In this document: positions 19,045 to 27,938 of the stretch, piece by piece
Layout of the letters: each line of letters starts with the position of its first letter
How positions within the stretch are numbered: the first letter of the stretch is position 1
From: an uncultured Verrucomicrobiae bacterium
Lineage (GTDB): Bacteria; Verrucomicrobiota; Verrucomicrobiia; Opitutales; JABDGR01
DNA length: 64,000 nt
Assembly: GCA_963765205.1 (NCBI GenBank)
Contig: CAVXVB010000005.1
Span: forward strand, 626,285-690,284
Direction: 5' to 3'
Position numbers and translations under genes: made by a program
Notes under the pieces: generated by a model
The model's input: the letters and a program-made list of their open reading frames with translations, nothing else
The model's database searches: none
What the model was told of the DNA's origin: nothing

Positions 19045-20208
19045 GTGACCGAGCCTCTTGAATTCTCCATCGTCCTGCCCTGTCTTAACGAGGCTGAAAC
19101 GCTCGAAACGTGCGTCCGCAAGGCGTTGCGCGCGCTCGCGGAAAACAATATCACCGGCGAAGTCATCGTTGCCGACAATGGCAGCACGGACGGCTGCCGG
19201 GAAATCGCCGCCCGCCTCGGCGCGCGCGTGGTCCCCGTTGCCGACCGCGGTTACGGGAACGCGCTCATGGGTGGGATCACCGCCGCGCGGGGAAAATTCG
19301 TCCTCATGGGCGACGCCGACGACAGTTACGATTTTCTCGAAGCGCCGAAATTTCTCGCCCAACTCCGCGCGGGTTGTGACCTTGTGCAAGGCTGCCGCCT
19401 CCCCGCCGGCGGTGGCACGGTCAAGCCCGGCGCAATGCCGTGGTCGCACCGCTGGATCGGCAACTCCGTGTTCTCGTTTATGGCGCGTGCCATGTTTCAC
19501 GCGCCGATCCACGACGCCTACTGCGGCCTGCGCGCCTTCCGCAAGGATTTTTGGGAACAGTTGGACCAGCGTTGCACCGGCATGGAATTCGCCACGGAAA
19601 TGATTTTGAAATCCGGTTTGAGCCGCGCGAAAATCGCCGAGGTGCCCATCACCCTGCATCCAGACGGGCGCGTCACCCGCCGCCCCCACCTGCGCACCTT
19701 CCGTGACGGCTGGCGCACCTTGCGCCTGTATCTGCTGTTCAGTCCCCGCTGGCTGTTTGGCCTGCCCGGCGCGCTGCTGATTTTACTCGGCCTTCTCGGC
19801 TATGGCCTCGCCCTTCCCGGCGTGACCATCGGCCGCGCAACCTTCGATGCCCACACCCTGTTGTTCGCCAGCCTCGCATTGCTGATGGGCTATCAAGCGT
19901 TATTGTTCGGTATTTTTGCCAAAACGTTTGCCGTCAACGAAGGCTTGCTGCCCGAAGACCCCGGCTTCACCAATTTCTACAAGCTGCTGAACCTCGAACG
20001 CGGGCTGGCTATCGGCGCGCTCGGCTTTGGGGCGGGCGCCGCTCTGCTGGCCGTCGCCGCCGAACAATGGTGGGCCGCCGATTTTGGCCCGCTGGATTAC
20101 GCGCGCACCATGCGCCTCGTCGTGCCCGGCGTCACCTTGGCCGCGCTTGGCTTTCAAACCATCCTCTCCAGTTTCTTCACCAGCATCCTCGGCCTCGCCC
20201 GGCGATGA
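19045..20208 (+). CDS. GT2 polyprenol-phosphate glycosyltransferase with C-terminal TM helices
   Basis: PCLNE, ADNGSTD, MGDADDSYD, GMEFATEM, HLRTFRDGWR. Confidence 0.9.
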   Translation: MTEPLEFSIVLPCLNEAETLETCVRKALRALAENNITGEVIVADNGSTDGCREIAARLGARVVPVADRGYGNALMGGITAARGKFVLMGDADDSYDFLEAPKFLAQLRAGCDLVQGCRLPAGGGTVKPGAMPWSHRWIGNSVFSFMARAMFHAPIHDAYCGLRAFRKDFWEQLDQRCTGMEFATEMILKSGLSRAKIAEVPITLHPDGRVTRRPHLRTFRDGWRTLRLYLLFSPRWLFGLPGALLILLGLLGYGLALPGVTIGRATFDAHTLLFASLALLMGYQALLFGIFAKTFAVNEGLLPEDPGFTNFYKLLNLERGLAIGALGFGAGAALLAVAAEQWWAADFGPLDYARTMRLVVPGVTLAALGFQTILSSFFTSILGLARR

Positions 20209-20909
20209 GCACGTTGCCCGACCCCTCGAGCTTTGACCAATACGCCGCCGACTACGACGGCGCGCTGGCGCAAGGCCTCTCCGTCTCCGGCGAGGACAAG
20301 GAATTTTTCGCGCGCGGCCGCCTCACCTGGCTGGCCAAGATACTGGGTGAAAATAATTTTGCGCCGAAAAGCGCGCTCGACTTCGGTTGCGGCACCGGCG
20401 CGGCGGCCCCATTGCTGAAGGAAATCATCCGGGTGGAAAAAGTTCTCGGCGTGGATGTTTCCGCGGGCCTGCTCGGCGTGGCCCAGCGCGAACATGGGGG
20501 CGCGGGCATCGAATTCCGTTCGCTCAAAGATCATCAGCCCACTGGGGAATTCGAGCTCGCGTTTTGCAACGGCGTTTTCCACCACATCCCGCCCAATAAA
20601 CGCGCGGAGGCCGTCAACCACGTTTTCCGCAGCCTTCGGCCCGGCGGCATTTTTGCCTTGTGGGAAAACAATCCCTGGAATCCCGCCACGCGCTACGTGA
20701 TGAGCCGGATTCCGTTTGACCGCGATGCCATCACGCTTTCTCCGCCGACTGCGCGGCAAATGTTGGACGATGGCGGCTTCGAGATTTGGCGGACGGATTT
20801 TCAGTTTTTCTTCCCCCACGCCTTGCGCTGGCTGCGCGGACTGGAACCCTGGCTGGCATCCCTCCCGCTCGGCGCGCAGTATCAAGTGCTCGCCCGCAAG
20901 CCAGGTTAA
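20205..20909 (+). CDS. Class I SAM-dependent methyltransferase
   Basis: LDFGCGTG, VFHHIPP, ENNPWNP; ATGA overlap with the GT2 gene. Confidence 0.9.
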   Translation: MSTLPDPSSFDQYAADYDGALAQGLSVSGEDKEFFARGRLTWLAKILGENNFAPKSALDFGCGTGAAAPLLKEIIRVEKVLGVDVSAGLLGVAQREHGGAGIEFRSLKDHQPTGEFELAFCNGVFHHIPPNKRAEAVNHVFRSLRPGGIFALWENNPWNPATRYVMSRIPFDRDAITLSPPTARQMLDDGGFEIWRTDFQFFFPHALRWLRGLEPWLASLPLGAQYQVLARKPG

Positions 20910-20967
20910 AAATCACCTCACCCCCAGGCTCCGCAACCTCGAACAAAAAGATTTCAATAACCCGACC

Positions 20968-21231
20968 ATGGAAACTAACCAAAAACGCTTCGACGATTTG
21001 GAGCAGAAGGTTCTGCCGCTTGTTGACTTGTCTGGTAGATTCGATCCTTCGCAGCCGCCGGAGTGGATGGCAACCGAGCGGTTCTGCGCAAACAGATATT
21101 ACAAAAGTACCACAGCGCCAGCCATCCTCCGCGCCGCCGTCGCCTTGTCAATAGAAACTTTTGTTGCGACGGCCCTCCCTCGCAGGACAGGTCAAGAAAA
21201 TTGGATTGAGCCGTTCGCCCAACTCTGGTAG
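20968..21231 (+). CDS. Hypothetical protein or gene fragment
   Basis: 87-aa ORF METNQKRFDDLEQKV... in a lower-GC gap; no motif recognised. Confidence 0.35.
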   Translation: METNQKRFDDLEQKVLPLVDLSGRFDPSQPPEWMATERFCANRYYKSTTAPAILRAAVALSIETFVATALPRRTGQENWIEPFAQLW

Positions 21232-21294
21232 CTTTAAGAAAGGTCTCGCTGATTGATGCCTTTATCACGACCCACCAGCTTATTAACTTAAATC

Positions 21295-22062
21295 ATGAGT
21301 GAAGTCGTTTATCTATCCCCGCCGACGCCCGTGCATATGGCGGAAGAATGGTTCAAGGTCGCCCAGGACACGCATTTTTGGATCAAGCGCCGGTTTGATG
21401 TGCTCCGAAAAATCAGCGGGGAACATTCGTGGGAGGGTAAAAAGATCGGGGAAATCGGTTGCGGACATGGTTTGGTGCAAAAGCAGCTGGGACAAAATTA
21501 CGGCGTGTTGGTGGACGGGTTTGACCTGAATGCCGAGGCCTTGCGCGATTCCGTCGCCGCCAGCCATCCACGCTACTGCTACAATATTTTTGACCGCCAC
21601 CCCCAATTTTCGGCTAAATATGATTTGCTCATCCTGTTTGATGTGATTGAACATATCGAACAGGAAAAGCCGTTCTTGGAGGCGGCGCTCTATCATTTGA
21701 AGCCCGGTGGCCATCTGCTGATCAATGTGCCCGCCTTCATGGGTTTGTATTCGCAATATGACATTGCGGCGGGCCATCAACGGCGTTACACCCTCCAAAC
21801 CTTGGAGCAACTTTGTGCCAGCATGGAATTGAAGAGAGTCACCGCGACTTATTGGGGATTACCCCTGATCCCGATTATGCTAATGCGAAATTTACGGGTG
21901 ACGGGACAAACCGACCCCCAAATTGTCATCCGGCGCGGTTTCAAGCAATCCGGCCGTCTCGCCAACCGACTGCTTGGTTTCCTGAGCTTATGGGAACCTC
22001 TGCCGCAACGCGTTCTCGGCACGTCGCTCATGGCCATTTACCGCAAGGAGGCCAAACAATGA
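21295..22062 (+). CDS. Class I SAM-dependent methyltransferase
   Basis: EIGCGHG, FDVIEHI, INVPA, GHQRRY. Confidence 0.88.
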   Translation: MSEVVYLSPPTPVHMAEEWFKVAQDTHFWIKRRFDVLRKISGEHSWEGKKIGEIGCGHGLVQKQLGQNYGVLVDGFDLNAEALRDSVAASHPRYCYNIFDRHPQFSAKYDLLILFDVIEHIEQEKPFLEAALYHLKPGGHLLINVPAFMGLYSQYDIAAGHQRRYTLQTLEQLCASMELKRVTATYWGLPLIPIMLMRNLRVTGQTDPQIVIRRGFKQSGRLANRLLGFLSLWEPLPQRVLGTSLMAIYRKEAKQ

Positions 22063-23030
22063 ATTCGCTCAACGACGCCTGCTCGCGACCAGCCGCAGCC
22101 CCTTTATCCCTGGTCATCCCTCTCTTTAACGAAGCGGCCATTTTCGATCAGCTAAAACGCCGGTTGCTGGACGTTCTACCGCTGCTGCCAACGCCAACCG
22201 AAGTGATCCTAGTCAATGACGGCAGTAGCGATGCCACCGGTGCGTTAATCCGCGAGCTGTGCCACCAGGATGCGCATTTTGTCGGCGTGCATCTGACCCG
22301 CAACTTCGGCCACCAAATGGCCGTGTGCGCCGGCCTCGATCTGGCACGGGGCGACGCCGTCGCAGTCCTCGACGGCGACCTGCAAGATCCCCCGGAAATC
22401 CTGCCAGCCTTTTACGCCAAGCTGCAGGAAGGTTATGATGTCGTCTATGCCATCCGCCAACGACGCAAGGAAATCCTTCCCAAGCGCTTGATGTATTGGC
22501 TCTTTTACCGCCTGCTGGCGGCGCTGACGCCCATTGATATCCCGCTCGACAGCGGGGATTTCAGCATCATGAGCCGACGCGTGGTCGAGGCCCTCAAGAC
22601 GATGCCGGAGCGTCGGCGCTTCGTGCGCGGCATGCGCAGCTACGTTGGCTTCCGCCAAACCGGCCTGGTCTATGAACGGCGAGAGCGGGCGGGCGGCCAA
22701 CCCAAATACACTCTCCGCAAACTGCTCCTGCTGGCCGCCGACGGCATCTTCACCTTCAGTGAAATCCCCCTCCGCTTGGCGACCATGGTCGGCCTTTGCA
22801 CCGCCGGTCTTTCCATCCTCTATGGCGTCATTCTTTTGATTCTACGAATTTTCAATGACTACACGTTGCCCGGCTTTGCCACCCTAGCCATCGGGCTGTT
22901 CTTTTTAGGCGGCGTCCAGCTCATCTGCCTGGGCATCCTCGGCGAATACATCGGCCGCATCCACCATGAAGTCAAACAGCGCCCGCCGTATATCATCGAA
23001 CATGTGGACCGCCACACCCAGGGTAAATAA
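22059..23030 (+). CDS. GT2 bactoprenol glycosyltransferase (GtrB/ArnC-like)
   Basis: VNDGSSD, RNFGHQ, LDGDLQDPP, ILGEYIGRI..EVKQRP. Confidence 0.92.
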   Translation: MNSLNDACSRPAAAPLSLVIPLFNEAAIFDQLKRRLLDVLPLLPTPTEVILVNDGSSDATGALIRELCHQDAHFVGVHLTRNFGHQMAVCAGLDLARGDAVAVLDGDLQDPPEILPAFYAKLQEGYDVVYAIRQRRKEILPKRLMYWLFYRLLAALTPIDIPLDSGDFSIMSRRVVEALKTMPERRRFVRGMRSYVGFRQTGLVYERRERAGGQPKYTLRKLLLLAADGIFTFSEIPLRLATMVGLCTAGLSILYGVILLILRIFNDYTLPGFATLAIGLFFLGGVQLICLGILGEYIGRIHHEVKQRPPYIIEHVDRHTQGK

Positions 23031-23132
23031 GCGTATGTGTTGCGAAACATATCTTAGGACAATCTACTTGTATCACAAATGGAAACCTGTTTCTTCTTTG
23101 GACATTTCTTGGAACACTAATCAACGACGAAC

Positions 23133-25214
23133 ATGGAAACTAATTCTGAGCGCCTCGAAGATCCGGAGCGGAGCGATGCGCATCTGGGCGAATCACTTAA
23201 TAAACTAGATGTGCCCCTCCCGATGGGGGACAGGGATCCGGCTCCGTCAAATCAATCTCCCGCCCCCACTGGTCAGGCCACAAAATATTGGCAAAAAATC
23301 TTGCCCTTTGCCGACCCGCTGTCCGTGGCCGCGATCTTTGTTTACATGTTGTGCAAGAGTTGGCTGCGTTGGCTGGACCCGATGATAGATTTTCCGGATA
23401 CTTTGTATTTTGCCTGGCGTCTGAGCGAAGGCGATTTGCTTTATAAAAATCTGGCCGACTGGTATGGGCCTTTGCCGCACCTGACTGAGGCCGCAGGCTT
23501 TCGCATTTTTGGCGTGGGGCTGGACACCATCGTCTGGATGAATATTGCGCTGACGGTCGGGGTTTTGCTCTTGTTGCGCAGTATTTTGGGCATGCTGGGC
23601 AACCGCCTGACGGTGTGGCTGTCTTCGCTGGTTTTTGTGGTGGTGTTTGCGTTTAACCACTGCACCACCGCGGGCAATTTCAACTTTATTACGCCTTATG
23701 CCGGGCAAACGACCTACGGTTTCGCGGGCCTGCTGCTCGTGCTCTGGGGATTGCTGCGGGAGATAAAATCGGGCCGGCCCCGCTGGCTCGGTGTGGCGGG
23801 GTTGGGCGTGGCCGTGGCGTATTTGGACAAGCCCGAACCGCTGCTGGCGGCGGCGGGCGCGGTCGCCCTCTATCTGGTCGCGCGCATGATTCAGCAGGCC
23901 CGGGGGCAGGTGCAACCGAATCCAGGCTGGAATTGGCTGGCCGCCCTGAAATGGCTGGCAGGCGGGTTTTCCTGCCTGTGGTTGCCGGTGTTTTTCTTCT
24001 TCCTGGCGAAAGGCGGCTTGAGCTACGCGATTCTCGCCACCGACTTTGTGCCCCACACCCTCATGGACCAGTCCATCCGCGATTCAGTGAGCCATTCGAT
24101 CTTTCACATGCAAGTCATGGGTTTCGACCATCCAGGGGAAAACTTCCGCATTCAATTGCTCGCGGGTGGGATGCTCGTGCTGGTTGGTGAACTATTGATC
24201 GTGCTGGCGTGGGGGTGGACAAGGGCACGCCTGTTTGGTCTGGCGTGGTGGATTCGGCTGGCGACCGTCATCGCCGTGGCCGTTGCCGCTGCTTTGGGGA
24301 TCGGGCACGAAAATAATTTGCTTTTTTTCTGGATGAACCTGGGCCGGGCGCTGGCCTTTCCCGTCCTCCTCGCGGCCGGGGCGGTGGTCATCTGGAGCTT
24401 CTGGTCGGCCTGGCATAAGCGGGCGGATTTTTCCCGCACTCTCGCATTGGCGGTGGTCGGCGTGGCGGCGGCCCTCATGCTCGCGCGCATGATTCTCAAT
24501 GTCACCCTTTACGATACCGGTTTTTTCATGACACCATTGGCGGTGTGCTTTTTGGTTCAACTCATGATGGTCGAGGCGGCGCGGCCTGGGCCGGGCAGCC
24601 GCCGCGCCAACGGGCTGCTGCCGGCCGCCTTGGCCGGTATCGTGCTCTTCGGCACAGGGGTGGTTGGCCTGAACAGTCTCCAAATGTATGCCAAGAAAAC
24701 TTTTCCCGTCGGTTCCGGACGCGACCACTTTTATGCCTTTCCAGCGGACATTTCCCTGGAAGGCCCGATGCCGCAGACCATGATTAATGGATTTAAGGAC
24801 CGTACCCCCTCGGCCCGGACGCTGGTGGCCTTTCCCCAGGGCATTGCGGTCAATTATCATCTGCGCATTCCCAACCCGTTGGCAGTACAGGTTTTTTACG
24901 CTGGCCTTCAGGGTTTTTATGGTGGTGCGCAGCAAATGCTGCAAGACTTGCAAGCCCACCCCCCCGATGTGATCTTTCTGCATTTCCGGCCCTATTACCA
25001 AGTTGAATTCGGCCTCAAATATTTCGGCGACACGCAGGCCGGCGGCAGTGACATCCTGGCTTGGATCAACGACCATTACCAGAACATTGCCAACACCGGC
25101 AATGCCCCCGGCGCCACCAGCACCGGGCACATCATTGACATGTATGTGCCAAAAGCCCCACTCACATTAAGGGCGACCGGCCCCCTGTTGGCCCCGCTTC
25201 CGGCCACAAACTAG
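23133..25214 (+). CDS. Polytopic membrane protein, probable GT-C fold glycosyltransferase
   Basis: More than 10 hydrophobic segments; early loop D...Y.AWRL..G..LY.....YGP; C-terminal soluble domain; follows the GT2 gene. Confidence 0.7.
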   Translation: METNSERLEDPERSDAHLGESLNKLDVPLPMGDRDPAPSNQSPAPTGQATKYWQKILPFADPLSVAAIFVYMLCKSWLRWLDPMIDFPDTLYFAWRLSEGDLLYKNLADWYGPLPHLTEAAGFRIFGVGLDTIVWMNIALTVGVLLLLRSILGMLGNRLTVWLSSLVFVVVFAFNHCTTAGNFNFITPYAGQTTYGFAGLLLVLWGLLREIKSGRPRWLGVAGLGVAVAYLDKPEPLLAAAGAVALYLVARMIQQARGQVQPNPGWNWLAALKWLAGGFSCLWLPVFFFFLAKGGLSYAILATDFVPHTLMDQSIRDSVSHSIFHMQVMGFDHPGENFRIQLLAGGMLVLVGELLIVLAWGWTRARLFGLAWWIRLATVIAVAVAAALGIGHENNLLFFWMNLGRALAFPVLLAAGAVVIWSFWSAWHKRADFSRTLALAVVGVAAALMLARMILNVTLYDTGFFMTPLAVCFLVQLMMVEAARPGPGSRRANGLLPAALAGIVLFGTGVVGLNSLQMYAKKTFPVGSGRDHFYAFPADISLEGPMPQTMINGFKDRTPSARTLVAFPQGIAVNYHLRIPNPLAVQVFYAGLQGFYGGAQQMLQDLQAHPPDVIFLHFRPYYQVEFGLKYFGDTQAGGSDILAWINDHYQNIANTGNAPGATSTGHIIDMYVPKAPLTLRATGPLLAPLPATN

Positions 25215-25232
25215 CGCGGGAGTGGGCCACGC

Positions 25233-26030
25233 TTATGCGTTGCGCCGGGACTCCTTCCGCGCTTTTTGCGGCACGTCATAAAACACCCTCTCCAGGCACA
25301 AGCCCAGCGCCGGGGCGGTGGTGACTTCCTGGGTGCGCTTTTTATTTTTCAACAGGCGCGCGATGTCCTCCTCGGTCAATTTGCCGCGGCCGACGGCAAC
25401 CAGCGCGCCGACCAGCCCGCGCGCCATCTTGTATAAAAAACCGCTCGCCTCGATGACGAACTCGACGCGCCGGCCGCGTTTAATTATGTACAGCCGCCGC
25501 AAATCCTTCACCGGGTTCTCTGTTTCTTCGTATTGGCCGGAGAAGGCGGAGAAATCGTGTTGGCCGAGTAGTTTCTTCGCGGCCGTGCGCATCTTTTCCA
25601 CGTCCAGCGGACGGTCGCCCAACGACCAGCACCAGCGGGACTCGAACGGCCCGGCGTGGCCGAGGTAGAGCCGGTAGCGGTAGCGCTTGCCCTTCGCGCT
25701 ATAGCGCGCATGGAAATCCGGCGCAGCGCGGCGCACGGACGTGACCACCAGCCCGCATGGCAGGCCGCTGCGCAACGCGCGCTGCAAATGCGCGACGGGA
25801 TGCGCCCAGTCGGCCTCGAAATGGAACACCTGCGCGCGGGCATGCACGCCCGAATCCGTGCGCCCGCTCCCGTGGACGCGCACGGGCTTCTGAAAAATCT
25901 GCGCCAGCCGCCGCTCGAGAAAATCCTGTACCGTGCGGCCGCCCTTCTGGCTCTGCCAGCCGAAAAAGTCCGTCCCGTCATAGGCGCAAGTGCAGCGCCA
26001 GCGTGGCAGGGGGGAAGAAACTGGAACCAC
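25233..26030 (-). CDS. truA: tRNA pseudouridine(38-40) synthase
   Basis: AYDGTDFFGWQ, GSGRTDSGVHA, HDFSAF, GFLYKMAR; start uncertain (GTG 26030 or 26048). Confidence 0.94.
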   Translation of the reverse strand: MVPVSSPLPRWRCTCAYDGTDFFGWQSQKGGRTVQDFLERRLAQIFQKPVRVHGSGRTDSGVHARAQVFHFEADWAHPVAHLQRALRSGLPCGLVVTSVRRAAPDFHARYSAKGKRYRYRLYLGHAGPFESRWCWSLGDRPLDVEKMRTAAKKLLGQHDFSAFSGQYEETENPVKDLRRLYIIKRGRRVEFVIEASGFLYKMARGLVGALVAVGRGKLTEEDIARLLKNKKRTQEVTTAPALGLCLERVFYDVPQKARKESRRNA

Positions 26031-26118
26031 GGAGGGCACGGAGAACACAGAGGAAAAATGGAAGATGGAAAAGGGAAAATGGAAAAAATCCTCCGTGCCC
26101 TCCGTGTTCTCCGTGGTT
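26025..26118. repeat. 9-mer-based inverted repeat element, copy B
   Basis: AAC CACGGAGGG CACGGAGAA CACAGAGG ... CCTCCGTG CCCTCCGTG TTCTCCGTGGTT; the loop is heptamers GAAGATG GAAAAGG GAAAATG. Confidence 0.87.
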
Positions 26119-26131
26119 CAATCACCGCCTC

Positions 26132-26485
26132 CTATTTCAGGAACGAGCAGATATACTCGCAGACGCCGGTGGCGACTTCGATTTGGAAGCCGGAGCGGCC
26201 GGGCACGTCGAACGTGGTGCCCGCGGCGTAGTCGTGAGTGGCCTTATCCTGGTCGAGCCGCACGCGGCACGCACCGGCGACGATTTCCATGCGCTCGGGA
26301 GCATCGGTGTTGAAGTGATAGGAACCCGGGCGAATCAGACCGAGGGTTTTTTTGCCGCCGTCGGGGAAAAGCAGCGTGTGGCTGGCCACGCCGCCCTCGA
26401 AATAGAGGTTGGCCTTCGTGACAGCGGTGACGCCGACGAATTGCTGGGGTATGGCGGAGGCGGGGGTTTGGGAAGAGTCGCTCAT
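26132..26485 (-). CDS. ppnP: Pyrimidine/purine nucleoside phosphorylase
   Basis: KANLYFEGGVAS, KTLGLIRPGSYHFNT..PERMEI, YICSF. Confidence 0.9.
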   Translation of the reverse strand: MSDSSQTPASAIPQQFVGVTAVTKANLYFEGGVASHTLLFPDGGKKTLGLIRPGSYHFNTDAPERMEIVAGACRVRLDQDKATHDYAAGTTFDVPGRSGFQIEVATGVCEYICSFLK

Positions 26486-26576
26486 GGCGCGCCATCCCTA
26501 ACCCGTCCCGCCTCCCGTTGGCAAGCGGACAGTTTCGCCACACGCCAGCAATGGCCATTCGGCCGGATTAATTGAA

Positions 26577-27338
26577 TTAACGCATCCCACCCGAGACGAC
26601 GAGCGTTTCGCCGGTGATCCACGACGCGTCGTCAGAGGCCAGGAAGGTCACCGCTGTCGCGATGTCGTGCGGCCGGCCAATGCGGCCGAGCGGGATTTGC
26701 GCGACAAACTGTTTTTGCATTTCGCTGGTAAAACCGGCGGCTTGCAGTCCTTCCGTCTCCACCATGCCGGGGTTGACGGCGTTGATGCGAATTTTGCGCG
26801 GGGCCAGCTCCTTGGCCAGCGTGCGCGTCGCCACATCCACCCCGGCTTTCGTCGCGTTATACACCGACATATTCGGCGGGGCGGAAGTGCTCACCACCGA
26901 GCTGATGTTGACGATGCTGCCGCCCGCGTCGCCAAAGCGCCGCACCGCTTCCTGCGTGGTCAGGAGCAGGCCCAGCAGGTTCAGGTTGAATTGTTTGTGG
27001 AAGTGTTCCTCCGTGATGCCCTCCAGCGGGGCGACCTCATAAATCCCCGCGTTGTTAACGAGGATGTCGGGCCGGCCAAAGGTCTTTTGCGTCTCGGCAA
27101 AGAGGCGCTCGATGTCGGCCTTCTTCGACACGTTGGCCTGCACCGCGACGGCGCGGCCGCCGCCGGCGGTGATTTCGGCGACGACCTCGTCGGCCCCGGT
27201 TTTGCTCGAGGAGTAGTTGACGACCACGGCGGCGCCCGCCGCCGCAAGCTGTTTGGCGATGCCGGCGCCGATGCCCTTGGAGGCACCCGTCACCACCGCG
27301 ATTTTGCCCGACAGTTTCTGGTTGGGATCGTTTTTCAT
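26577..27338 (-). CDS. Short-chain dehydrogenase/reductase
   Basis: TGASKGIG, NNAG, YNATK, INAVNPG. Confidence 0.95.
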   Translation of the reverse strand: MKNDPNQKLSGKIAVVTGASKGIGAGIAKQLAAAGAAVVVNYSSSKTGADEVVAEITAGGGRAVAVQANVSKKADIERLFAETQKTFGRPDILVNNAGIYEVAPLEGITEEHFHKQFNLNLLGLLLTTQEAVRRFGDAGGSIVNISSVVSTSAPPNMSVYNATKAGVDVATRTLAKELAPRKIRINAVNPGMVETEGLQAAGFTSEMQKQFVAQIPLGRIGRPHDIATAVTFLASDDASWITGETLVVSGGMR

Positions 27339-27378
27339 GGGAGTTTGCTTTCTATTTTATAGGTTGCGATTGCGTGAA

Positions 27379-27407
27379 TTAATTGTGACTTTCATAGTAA
27401 CAATTAA
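27379..27407. promoter_or_regulatory. Palindromic operator upstream of the SDR gene (probable Rrf2 site)
   Basis: TTAATTGTGACT-N5-AGTAACAATTAA (11 of 12 bases complementary). Confidence 0.75.
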
Positions 27408-27419
27408 AGGCTAAAAAAT

Positions 27420-27839
27420 TCACTGCTGCCGGATGTCGGCAATGATGTCCGCGAGGGTGATTTGGGCCAGTGCCGCCTCGAGGGAGTGCTGCGCCTGGCC
27501 AAGGGATTTTTCCAGCGCCGCCTTGATGTGGCAACTCACCGGGCAGGGCTTAAGCTCGCGGTAGCTGTGGATGGCGAAGGCCTTCGGCGCCTGCACCGCC
27601 TGGTAAACATCAAGAAGGGAAATTTTCTCCGCGTCGCGCGCCAGGCGGCAGGAGCCGCCCTGGCCTGTGACGGTCGTGACCAGGCCCGCTTTCGACAATT
27701 TTGCCAGCACGCGCCGGACAAAGCTCGGGCTGGTGTTTACGCTGCGCGCCACGGCGGCCGAGGTCACTTCCCGCCCGCACTGGAAGCCCAGCCCGGCCAG
27801 GAAATGCACCGCGATGGAGAATTGGAGGTTGGTCGCCAC
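27420..27839 (-). CDS. Rrf2 family transcriptional regulator
   Basis: FSIAVH, SVNTSPSFVRRVL..L.KAGLV...G.GG..LAR, ISLLDVY, CPV. Confidence 0.93.
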   Translation of the reverse strand: MATNLQFSIAVHFLAGLGFQCGREVTSAAVARSVNTSPSFVRRVLAKLSKAGLVTTVTGQGGSCRLARDAEKISLLDVYQAVQAPKAFAIHSYRELKPCPVSCHIKAALEKSLGQAQHSLEAALAQITLADIIADIRQQ

Positions 27840-27842
27840 GTT

Positions 27843-27861
27843 TGTTACTATAATAGTAACA
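27843..27861. promoter_or_regulatory. Palindromic operator overlapping the Rrf2 promoter
   Basis: TGTTACT-N5-AGTAACA overlaps -10 TATAGT (27852-27847); -35 TTGCTT at 27874-27869. Confidence 0.75.
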
Positions 27862-27938
27862 GAATAAAAAGCAAGGGCTTTTTTTCAATTATTTTTTTGG
27901 GGGTGAAAGCCGCCCCGGGCCAGGCAGGGTACAAACGT

